Shown: positions 24,621-35,213 of the stretch, piece after piece | Position numbering within the stretch: position 1 is the first letter of the stretch | Layout of the letters: every line of letters starts with the position of its first letter | Source of the DNA: Nemertoderma westbladi | Lineage: Eukaryota; Animalia; Xenacoelomorpha | DNA length: 38,951 nt | Assembly (NCBI GenBank): GCA_032718475.1 | Contig: JAUCBJ010001792.1 | Location: 1 to 38,951, forward strand | Reading direction: 5' to 3' | Translations under genes and position numbers: made by a program | The notes under the pieces: model-generated | Told to the model about the DNA's origin: nothing | What the model saw: the letters and a program-made list of their open reading frames with translations, nothing else | The model's database searches: none

Positions 24621-25270
24621 TCAAAAGAATATCAAAAAATTGTATATGGCTACTTCTATTTTTTATGAAAATTATTATGCCAACCTTATGAAATTTACAT
24701 TTTTTTGGATTTTGTTAGCGTATCCAATTCACTGCACTACCCAGCAGAAAATGGGGAAAGTGGCTTTTTACCAATTATAGTTGATTAGGTGACATTACCA
24801 ATATAATGTCACCTAGCAATTGGCACCTAGCAATATACAGTACCAGCACAGGGAGAGATGCCAGCACATTGCTCATCTCAGGGTAGAAGCTAGCATAGGA
24901 ACAGGGGATAGATCGACCAATGGAGGGACAGCATGTGTCCAATTACAGCGCGTCCACTGGTTGGCCACAGGTAATTAATGTGTCCCGTTACTCTGTTGAT
25001 TGTACTTTAGTTAGTATATTGGGTGAGCAGAAGTCGGACGGTTTTCAACCGCCGTAATTGTCTGCTATCACTGTGATTACTGTTGTACTGATTACTACCG
25101 GTACTTGTATACTTATGAGAGATTAACAACATTAACGCCAAACTCCTTTTTTATAACCGGCCTTCGGCCTTCAGTCATTCAGCCACAGTAAGCGGACGCG
25201 GCGACGCGTATTACAAACCAAGACAAAACCCGGTTGGGATTCCCTGCCAACTCCAGGATCCCATCACACA

Positions 25271-25416
25271 TTTGAAAATGTTCTTCGAAAATTTTTTCAC
25301 CTACAGCCCAAATTTCGTAGGATTTTATTGGATGATTACAAAAAATTGGGGGGGGGGGGGGGAATCAACCCACTGCCAGTGCTGCTAATGATCTAAACAC
25401 ACCAGTGGTAATAGGG
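25271..25416 (-). mobile_element. Inverted, diverged terminal fragment of the same piggyBac-type family
   Basis: Reverse complement matches the first ~150 bp of the array element's left end. Ends in GGG|TTAA (25417-25420). Confidence 0.85.
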
Positions 25417-25759
25417 TTAATCTACACCCAAACCCAAAGGCCCACAGAGGATTGATGGCAGGCAGGCATTAACAGAAAATTTGTGTTTTAAATATAATAT
25501 ATTTTAGGCATGCAGGCGATCCAATTTGTAAGAAATACCTTTAAAGGTCAATAACCTTTAAATGCCTACTGCGGCAATATTAGAAAGAAACAAGGAAAGC
25601 CACGAACCATAAAAGAATCTGTATGTCCTATTTGAAAACGTTAAGTTTTAGATATATAGACATGGAAGAATAATGCATGATATATAAGATGCCTCAACAC
25701 TAAGCCTATTCTCCATTCAGGGCAAGAAAAGAAGAAAAGAAACGAATCTAGAATGGAGT

Positions 25760-26510
25760 CTAGGTGTCCATTGTGTATTAAGGTGATTTATAGACTACCG
25801 CAACATTTGTCACAAGTACATCACATAGACCACCATTATATAAATGATGCTGACGAATTGACTCCAAATCCTGAATACTACGATTATTAAAGAATAAAAC
25901 TATGACATGCTGTATTTGAAGGCTTACATGAAGGAAGATCCTAAACTAGAACTGCCTTGCATGAACGAATTTGAAATCTACATGAAGGCAACATGTCATG
26001 GCTCCACAGAACATGATCGTAACCATATGATAGACTTTACGGTAAAACGTGTTATACATTCTTCTGCTTTAATGATTGATAATTTTTTCGATAATGAGTA
26101 CAACAAAATATCCATTCGCGGCGATATGTGCTCCCCTAAACTGTTGCAGCTAACACATTCCCTATTAGCAGCTGAGCCTATTAGAGGACCAGTTAATACC
26201 ATGACACACAGATTTCTTCTATGGAAGTATATCTACAGAAAATTATAATGTTACTTGATTTTGTAATTGTTAATTACCTCACTGAAACACCAACTGCTGT
26301 AGCTGGAAGAACAGCTGCATCGCCAACAAAATGCTGTGAAAAAACATTTGCTTGCTGTTAGAGAAAAGGCTACAAGATGAATGCCAACAGCCGAAGAATT
26401 GGCATATTATGAACTATCACCAATCACAATTGGAAGAGCAAAATCGATCGCAAACCTGAAAAATACTCATGTTATCTCACAAGCAGATCTTGCAGAAATG
26501 CATGTCTAAC
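25760..26510 (+). pseudogene. Decayed coding sequence with a C2H2-like finger; unknown mobile-element gene
   Basis: CPLCIKVIYRLPQHLSQVHH, followed by fragmented protein-like frames (ORF 25907-26248). Confidence 0.4.
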
Positions 26511-26599
26511 TTCTTGTCATTTTACTTTATAATAATGGAATGAGACAAATGTGCAAAGATACCAATTAAATCTTTTAAATTCCAAGTGGCACAGTACCA

Positions 26600-27020
26600 T
26601 ATATGTGTCCAAACTATCTAAATAGAATTCTACAGTAGCTTCCAAATTAGGAGTTCTGGAAATATGACTGACTAGCATCTCTAGGTCAAACGCGTTAGCC
26701 ATGACTATCTCTGCCAAGGTTGCGTTGCTGTTAGAGATGAACATCCCATTTCTTTCTAGCAGTACTTCTACTACTAGTCGAACTATCTATCACAGTTTCA
26801 TCAGTTTGAACCCCCTTGAATTTTAAATTATTTAGTTCTGCAACGTGTTTAACAACATGCGATAATGTTCCTGGTTTCATTGATGTAATCTGTGACTCAA
26901 CACGATCACCCCAGCGAACCACCTGCAAACTTTGCATTAGTACCATTAGTTCAATAATTGGCCTGAAGACGTCAATAAAGATGAGAAGGTCTGTCGTAAA
27001 ATCAATACCCATCATCCAAT
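26600..27020 (-). pseudogene. Probable hAT-like transposase fragment
   Basis: DFTTDLLIFIDVFRPIIELMVLMQSLQ resembles the post-insertion-domain helix of hAT/ZNF862-type transposases. Confidence 0.4.
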
Positions 27021-27320
27021 ACTTCAGTGGGAATAAAGGCAGTGCAATAAATCTATTGAATTGAATAACATGGATTGATCTAAAAACTTAATGGTACAAT
27101 AGAAAGGCGTTTGTAAATTTTTTCCCATTGGTCCGAGGCAGTAATAATTAAAATGTTTGTGAACATAATTATATACACCTTACTTAGTCAGCAAATTTTT
27201 GCGATTCAGTTGAAGGATGACTAAGATATATAATGGCACCAAGGAATTTACTGCATTTGTACAAATTTTATTGATTTATGTTTTAATTATTTGACCAAAA
27301 ACGGATGAAAGATATCCTCA

Positions 27321-27729
27321 TACTACTACTACTACTAGGTCGAGCGAACTTGGACTGTGGAATTTAGATCCTTCCAGGCTTCCCGATTCTCCATAGTTGT
27401 CGCAATTTCGTTTCTCCCAAGTTCAGTATCCCTTTCAAGTTCATCTATATATGTTATGGCCGGGATCGGTATATGTTAGGTGCCTGGAGAGATCTGATTT
27501 CCAGATGGTATCCATTTTTGATAGAGCTGCCCAAGCCTTTGCTTTCCTAACTTCTATGTCCTTTTTGCTACTCTCTATCCATGATCCAAGGTACTGGAAG
27601 TCATCGACCTTCCTTAGTTGATTATTATCAATGGTTGTCAAGTTTCCATCAACATTAAATGTCATGAATTCGGTCTTTGTAGCATTTATATGCAATCCAA
27701 CCTCCTTAGCAGCCCTCTCCACTTTATTT
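27321..27729 (-). mobile_element. 5'-truncated, internally deleted copy of the RTE-like LINE at 1080-3969
   Basis: Near identical to about 3273-3525 and 3835-3969. (TAG)n tail at 27321-27338. Confidence 0.93.
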
Positions 27730-27837
27730 AGACTATACAAACTTACTATACTATATGGTTACTATACTATACTATACTATAGTATGTATATGCTTACTAT
27801 ACATATATACTTACTACTATACAAAATTAGAAATTTA

Positions 27838-28663
27838 AATGGAGGCAAGCAGTATTGTTTTATGTTTACACGAAAATGTGGTTTTGCTTTTGTTTTCATG
27901 AGTAGCTAGAGGAATTTCATTCCAAATCAAGGGACCTTGATACCTCAGGGACCGTTTCGAAGACTCAATCCAGACTGTTGGCGCATAATAGTTTCCATGT
28001 GCAATGAAACGAGTGAAATATCTGTGAGTAGAAGCAGTTTTTGTGAATATACTGCTTATGAAGCTAGCATTTGATATAATATTACTATAATTGATATCAT
28101 GCATGAATGAATAGGGCTGCTTGATGTTTATATAATAATTCAAGTGGCAAAATAGGTAGAGATTTATATGGTAGTAGTGAGGGTGATTGTGAGTGTGAGA
28201 AAGTTACACAACGGACAATTTTTTTATTTTGGTATGTGAGGTTTTAGTATAGTGCGATAGGTACTTCCCCATATGATTTTACCATAGTTAATATATGGAT
28301 GAATAAGAGAAAAATATAATTGTTTGAGTATAATCAATGGAAAAGTGTGTCTAAGTTTATAAAAGATGCCAATAGTTCTTGAAATTTTTTTAGTGATAAA
28401 TTTTTTTAGTGATAAATTGTACGTTTCCAAGATTATATTGTCTACATGAATTCCTAAAAATTTTGTGCATATGGATTTATTTATATTTTTCGAATTAATT
28501 TGTGGTGAAGGTATACTTGTTTTTTTTTGCCCTGTATGTGAGAATAAAGTAAATTCCGTTTTAGATACATTTAATGAAAGGCGATTGCCTACCAACCATT
28601 ATCCAGTCAGTTTATTTAATTCGTTATTGATGTCATGTATTAGAGTATCAATATGTTTAGCTG
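27838..28663 (-). mobile_element. CR1/L2-group LINE, 3' part
   Basis: WLVGNRLSLNVSKT, KFLGIHVD, LYFSLIHPYINYG..WGSTY, SLRYQGPLIWNEIP. Confidence 0.88.
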
Positions 28664-28757
28664 GGTCAGTAATGGTTGACCGATGCGCCTGTAAATAGCC
28701 TCTCGTCAACAAGTCAACCCCACCGACTAGCGGTACTGGCTGTTTTTGCTGACGGGG
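28664..28757 (+). ncRNA. Candidate HDV-like self-cleaving ribozyme at the exact 5' end of the insertion
   Basis: P1 GGTCAGT/ACTGGCT (G1-U wobble), P2 CCCC/GGGG, P3 ACC/GGT, L3 GACTAGC, P1.1 AC/GT, J4/2 CTGAC (CNRA, candidate catalytic C28749). Essentially no P4. Confidence 0.6.
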
Positions 28758-30339
28758 CTCTGTCGAACAACGCGTCCCTGATAGCAGTAAAGGGGGTCTC
28801 TTTATTGAGAGGCAGTATTATTATTGCCGCGGAACTGCCCCAACTCATCACCTCTCCCACTCTCGCTCTCTGACGAAAATGAACATAAAATCAACATACA
28901 CCAACCCACTACCCTACCCCACACCGCGACACCCACCCACACCTACGATCTGAAAGATTGTACCCAATACAAAAAAAAACAGGATAAGTTGAATCATACA
29001 ACTAAAGCGGTAAGCTTGCAAGACGAATGCATGATTTACTGAGAATATCAGTCATAATCTCACTTAATGGAATACTGTACATATTGTTCAAAACTTTTAC
29101 TAAATTAATTGCAATGCTCACCTATCATTTCGCGAGTGTCAATACATACTCTTACATACTCATGCATGTTAAAAATTAAGGTATAATTGGTACTGTACAA
29201 ATCTGACAAATACTGGGATTGTAATTCATCTAGCATGATATAAACTAACGAACAAATTGGCAATTAATATGGCTGATATTTACTTCTTTTTCATGTATAT
29301 TTTTCAGAAATATTTCAATTGCATTAATTTACATATTTCCAGGCCCTTTCATCCCATTTTACCAAATTTTTTACTTTCAGGGATTTTAATTTCCATGCGG
29401 TATAGGGTTCCGCAACTTTTAGTGGCAACACTAGAGACATCTAACCCAGGGTAGGGTATTCCTTAAATACCCCCTGTAGGTGTTGGGCTGGGCACCTATG
29501 GGTAAGATACAGCATAGCGCACTACCCAACTAACAAATTTCCAACTAAATCTTCCACTTTTTTTCTCTAAAACGCTCAAACTACCATCCCAACTTCAGAA
29601 AAACAGAATAAAATTGGATTAGTTAGTAATAAATACTATTACTATTTAATAAAGGTTCTATACCTATAATGATAACGCACAATATCTCTACTAAATACCC
29701 AACAAAACAATCCATCTAAACACTTATTCCCAATTAACAGATTACAATTACATCTCACTATACCACATCAAAAATCAATGTCACACCACCACTGCCTTTT
29801 CATTACATTTATAATGATATCAACAACCCAAAGATACCCCATTTGCTATCATCTTATTGATAAAGCGCGATTTTATACCTCTGTTATAAGATAGAATTAT
29901 GGAGATAAATTTATACCCCTGTTATATTGAATATTCACCAAGAACAAACCAACAACATCTATGGGAAATTTTTTAAAACGAATAAACATGTCAACTGTTG
30001 ATTTATGACTCCAGCCTAATGGACTATAATAAACAAACACCAGTGACTCTCGAATTACAGACCTTCCAACCACCACGCAATGCTCCCATTCCTACAATAT
30101 TAATGAAACACTCATAACCGACCTTAGGATTAGCCGGGCAGCATTATTAGTCCTTCAGAATATGAGTCATCAATATCAAATACTGTCAACCCCTACAGGC
30201 AACAGACCAACTATCCCACTAACTTATACAAAATGAAACAATAATGACGAGAGCAATATATGAGATAGAGGTTACACATTTAACCTGATAACAACCATTA
30301 CGATCAGAGAAAACATGCGTCATATTAGCAAATATTCCC

Positions 30340-30680
30340 ACTCCCTATCACTATTCTACTACTAACAGTTAAACAAAACACCCCCCCCCCCCATACTACT
30401 AACTGTTAAACAAAACACCCCCCCCCCCCCCCCCCCTATACTACTAACTGTTAATAACCCCCACCCCTCACCCTCTATCACTATGTCTACTACTAACCAT
30501 TTAATACCCCCCTCCCCATCCTCTATCGCACTACGTCTACTACTACAGTACTAACCGCGTTACACAACCCCCCCCCCCCCCCCCCCATCTATCACTACAT
30601 CTACGTATACTTCTACTACTAACCATTAAACACCCCCCACCCCCCTCACCCCACCACTAGGTCTACTACTAACCACTAAC
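30340..30680. repeat. C-rich minisatellite (~35-70-bp variable unit, CTACTACTAAC core plus poly-C)
   Basis: About 7 degenerate units read directly. Confidence 0.85.
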
Positions 30681-30762
30681 GGGTAGTTGTGCGTGGTAGA
30701 ACCGCCGTGACTCATCCTCAGAGGATGTGGTGATTGGCAGGTTGACGCCTGTAGCATTATAT

Positions 30763-30955
30763 ATATGTTTAGCTGACTGAAGGAAGGTAGTGTCGTCAGC
30801 AAAGAGGGTGGTTAGAAGTGTGCTGGCGTTAGGTAAGTCATGAGGAAAAGAGTCACAAGAGGAAAAGTAATGGAGATAGAACAAGAACACCTCCCTGTGG
30901 GATGCTGCAAGTCAAAGATAGTAGTGGTGATGAGTGGCCAGTTATGGAGACTGTT
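30763..30955 (-). mobile_element. CR1/L2-group LINE, RT core (upstream part of the element at 27838-28663)
   Basis: IPQGGVL, DLPNASTLLTTLFADDTT. Confidence 0.85.
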
Positions 30956-31680
30956 ACGATATATGGCGCTGTGTACCTATATTAGCCGTCATACAGTATA
31001 ATTATTTAGATAAGCCATAAAGACGCGCAACCATATTTAGATAAGGAAAATAAAACGCCCATATTTGTGAATTTATCCATTTTATACAGTATGTAGTCCT
31101 ACCTATGTAATTTTGTAGTAAAATATAAGTAAATAGTTCCACGGTAGCAAGTTTCCTATGAAACCCTTGATATAAGCTTGCTGTTATTAGCTTCAATAGG
31201 ACTAACTGCATATTTGTTTTAATTTCTTTTATATTTGCGCTAAATTAGATTTCATGTACCGTATTTTTAGTACCGCTAAATTAAGCAACGCATTTAATCA
31301 TTTGTGATTCCAAGGAGGAATAGGTTCACAATCCGGCTTCCTTATTGGCCTAGCTGCTTACAGGTTGGTCTAATGGTAGCGTGGATTGGGGAACCAATCA
31401 GAGGATTATTGCATCATCCTTTAGGAATCACCTATAAATTGGCTGTATTTCCGGTATGTATAATCCATAATCTCACTAATCTCAGTTTTTGTGCATAATT
31501 CTGTGTATTCTGTATTTCCATTTGTTTTCTTGCAATAATTCGCAAATTTGTAATTTCTGCTTATTTCTTGCTGTGTTTCTCACTTCGATCTCAATGATTA
31601 CTGCCAATTACAATCAGCTTTCCTTAAGCTTATTATTATTATACAATGTATATTATAGTATATAGCTCGAATCTCAATTG
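30952..31680 (+). mobile_element. Possible LTR remnant
   Basis: Starts TGTTACG; CCAAT (~31395) and TATAAAT (~31433) boxes. No matching CA end or TSD was found. Confidence 0.3.
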
Positions 31681-31824
31681 AGACAAATTTTTTTGTGATA
31701 CTGAATCGAACTGTATTACTGCGTCTCGTGGTCTCTAGTTTTTGTATAATATATATACATAGGGGAAGATATACACAATGTTATTATTTTAGGGGGGAAG
31801 ATATACACAACGTTATTATTTTAG

Positions 31825-32725
31825 GTTCGGTTTCAAATCCTGGATAACTGCAAGTGCAACTGGATTCCCCTTCCATGTGGTCATGAAGGGAAACAGGACA
31901 AGTCAGATTCGCCATTGGGTTACAAAGTGGTCATGGGTGGTATTGAATTTATAGACAAACCAGAGGAATATCTCATATTCTTTAACAACTTTTTTACCAG
32001 TTACAATTTACTGATCTGCTTGAACCAACGCGGATTTGGTGCTACGGGGACTGTTCGTGTCAATCGCATTGAGAACTGCCCACTTACACCAGTAGACCAA
32101 ATGAAGAAAACCGAACGTGGAAGTTACGATTTCCGTTCTAGTGGAAAGATTTGTTTCACACGTTGGCACGATAACGCGATTGTAACTATAGGTAGCAACA
32201 AACTGGGTGTTCATCCCGTTGGTACTGTAAAAAGATGGATAAAGGGGGCGAAGGGTGTCCAGGGGGGTAAAGCGGATATCACCCAACCTTATGTCATAAA
32301 TATCTATAATAAGGTACATGGGTGGGGTCGATCTTCTAGATCGCGCATTAGCTACATTTCGGCCATGCATCCACTCAAAGAAGTGGTATTTCTCCCTGCT
32401 AATAAATGCTATCAATATAGCAATGGTTGCTTCGTGGCGAATGACTCAGCTGCTTGGTTCAGAAGGAACAATCAAGCTGATTGACTATTGGAGAGCTGTT
32501 GTGCCTGCTCTTATTCGGGTCAAACAACAATCAGCCTTGCCTCATCCATCATTCGGCCATCACCTCCCGAGAAACGTCCCCGATAGTGTCCAATCTGACC
32601 CAACTGGACACCATCGTGCTAGTTGCCCTACCCGAAAGTGCCGCCACTGTAAGCGTAACTGTCGCCTAGAAGTGCCATGTGCCTCTCCATGGCGCATGTT
32701 TTGATGCATTTCATGGTTTTGATTA
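31825..32725 (+). pseudogene. piggyBac (PGBD2/3-like) transposase, 3' half, frameshifted
   Basis: FGFKSW, FFNNFFTS (catalytic D changed to N), ATGTVRVNR, RWHDN, YNK/MGGVDLLD, KKWY, Cys-rich C-terminus. Confidence 0.92.
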
Positions 32726-32799
32726 ATATTAGGAAAGGCCTGAATATTAACTTATGACATTACATTATGTAATTAATTAATATAATTAGATAATTACTT

Positions 32800-33050
32800 A
32801 ATTAAATTAGTTAATTAATTAATTTAATTAGTTAATTAATTAATTAAATTAGTTAATTAATTAATTAAATTAGTTAATTAATTAATTAAATTAGTTAATT
32901 AATTAATTAAATTAGTTAATTAATTAATTAAATTAGTTAATTAATTAATTAAATTAGTTAATTAATTAATTAAATTAGTTAATTAATTAATTAAATTAGT
33001 TAATTAATTAATTAAATTAGTTAATTAATTAATACCATTAGTTAATTAAT
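32800..33050. repeat. 21-bp AT-rich minisatellite (TTAGTTAATTAATTAATTAAA)n
   Basis: About 11-12 near-perfect units in the piggyBac 3' region. Confidence 0.95.
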
Positions 33051-33149
33051 ATAATTAATGAATTGCATATATATTTACCGTATTATTAATATGGTATGTA
33101 ATATAATAATATTATAGTTGCAATATAATATATACTATGTTTTTCCATG

Positions 33150-33312
33150 CAGTGCCCACGGACCGCATTTGCGGTCCCCCCTTTAATTCCAGAATGGCTT
33201 AACATTTCGAACTATTGGTTATAATATATCTTAATTATGCCATTTTGGGGTAATATCCCAAATGAGACTGTTTGGAACAGGTTTTTTCTAGGCTTGGGCC
33301 TTCCTGGGTTAA
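33150..33312 (+). mobile_element. piggyBac right end
   Basis: Ends CCTTCCTGGG|TTAA (TTAA at 33309-33312), exactly where homology to 18343 onward begins. Confidence 0.75.
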
Positions 33313-33318
33313 GAAATC

Positions 33319-34180
33319 ATGGACCCTGGTTATGGTTCATTAGATGTTTCATCTTTGTGTCTTTGCTGTAATTTATGTGATGGTGAGCCAAACGATGGGC
33401 AAAATAGGGGAAGATGAAGAGAAAGAAGATGGGATTCAGACAGTTGGCCCAGACTGGGATGGATATCATACAACACGATGGATAGGGGAGGGTACAGAAG
33501 GGGTGGAGACACTGAAAGTACAGATAGTAGTGAGTTGTCCACCACCGACACTACTGCTGCCTCTACAACAATCGCATCAACCACCACCTCCATTGATGAT
33601 GTTTTTTATTGAGGGTTTATCGAATGCATTGAGTCAACATGTTATGACTACGCTCAATCTGATATATGCCAGAGTAACACAATCTGAGCCGTAATATTCC
33701 CTTGATAAACATTTGGGTTGGTATCAATTATTCATCATCGGCAAGCAACTGAGATGTGATGGAGGATGGATTATATTTTATAGTCGCATCGGCAACAACA
33801 TTGACATCTGGGATGATGATAGTTCTAACTACCACCCGGGATTGGGAAATCCCAACAAATCTTACTTTCTACATGTGAAAAATATCAATTGGCTGCACAC
33901 GGGAAAGATTGTTTCATCAAGGGTAACTTAGGTAACTTAATGAGAAGCTACAGTAACTTTACTGTGGGGTCTGGATATGTGCTAAGGATTACAAGTTTCA
34001 TCCATTCATGTACTGCCGGTGTATTGGATAAAGCAACATAGTATGCTCTCACTCGCCTGGTTAGCAAGAAGTTGACTTCAGTAATGTATGGTAGACTGGT
34101 GGAACTCACCCAAATAAATGAAAGTGAGGAAGATAAATTAGAAATGAAACTAAAATGCCTGCCAGCCACAACGAACCTAA
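33319..34180 (+). pseudogene. Fibrinogen-related domain protein pseudogene, copy B
   Basis: Colinear with 18352-19175 but with different stops and indels. Confidence 0.7.
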
Positions 34181-35213
34181 AGAAACAAACTGTACTGTAG
34201 CCAATAGCAGTAGGTTACTTATTGTGTTTGTATGTTTGTGTAACAAACCCAATCACAAGCAACGATAATAGAAATGGAATAGTTAGACCAACATGATTTA
34301 ATAATATCCAATTCAGTTACAATAAACAAATTAACGGCACTGAATTCAAAGTAACATTTTTAGTGTATTTGTACATATCACATCAAGGTGGTAATGTAGT
34401 CTTGTGCCGTACTTCACATTTTCTGCAATATCTCAATAACTATTCGCTCTACATTTGTTTTGAAGGTTTCTACCCCCACTAAAATGGTTATTGCAGTAGG
34501 ATAACTAAAAGTTGTCCAATGCGAAAATTGAGAATGAGAGTCACTTGTGCCAAAGAAAGGGTAGGACAGTGGCACTAGTTCCCTTGATCCAAAAATTAAA
34601 ATTTTGGTATCTAACTAAGTTCACATAAGACACATTTGATGACATTTGATGCATGCAGGAAGTTCTTTCTTGAGTCATTGATATTTCATAATGTGTTATA
34701 TTGTGATAAATTTCGTACATATGTGTTGTACTGCCTTGAGCAGACAACTGCAAACTGAAACGGTCAGAATGTGCCGTTTACAGATACTGGTATTAGGTAT
34801 TAAAATTAGCATTGCGATCACCTTACTGTCTTAGTTACCAGAAAGGCGCTATATAAATTTGAATTATTATTATTAAATAATCAAAATTGCAAAAACTCAA
34901 ATTGAATTTGAGCTGTGCATGGCACTGGTCTGCTCACTTGAAAGCATTTAGATCAACTTTCATCGGTTTTTCTATACAACTTTCATACGCCTCATTCGAT
35001 TAACTTTAACAGTTATTCAACATTCACTATATCGTTATTATTACATTGTGATAACATTGAGCATTCTCTGAATTCGACAAGAATTGTGCTTACATATTGT
35101 TTCTCTTTACATTATACTCTTTTTTTGAGTCTTTTATGATCCCTTTTCTGACTGTCCCTTCAGATTTATTTTCTTTGCTATCTTCACCTGTATTTTATTT
35201 TACATTAAATATA

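Larger units (their letters stand above)
28664..30762 (+). mobile_element. 2.1-kb apparently non-coding retroposon-like insertion with a 13-bp TSD
   Basis: ATATGTTTAGCTG occurs at 28651-28663 and 30763-30775. Removing the insert rejoins the host LINE frame (FADDTTFLQS-AKHI-DTLIHDINNEL). Confidence 0.88.

Noticed and set aside
24790-25215. Solo LTR (TG...ATTACA, GC-richer, hairpin at 24787-24816)
   Set aside because: No matching terminal inverted dinucleotide context or TSD could be fixed.
22988-25416. One intact piggyBac element bounded by TTAA-CCC (22988) and GGG-TTAA (25416)
   Set aside because: The right segment copies the LEFT-end interior and is diverged. It differs from the right end seen in array units 1-2, and its flank is not the viral continuation. 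It is more likely a separate inverted copy.
28868-28895. Hammerhead core at CTGACGA
   Set aside because: No stem II or properly placed GAAA follows.
30340-33050. CRISPR-like arrays at the two minisatellites
   Set aside because: There are no unique spacers and no cas genes, and the context is eukaryotic.
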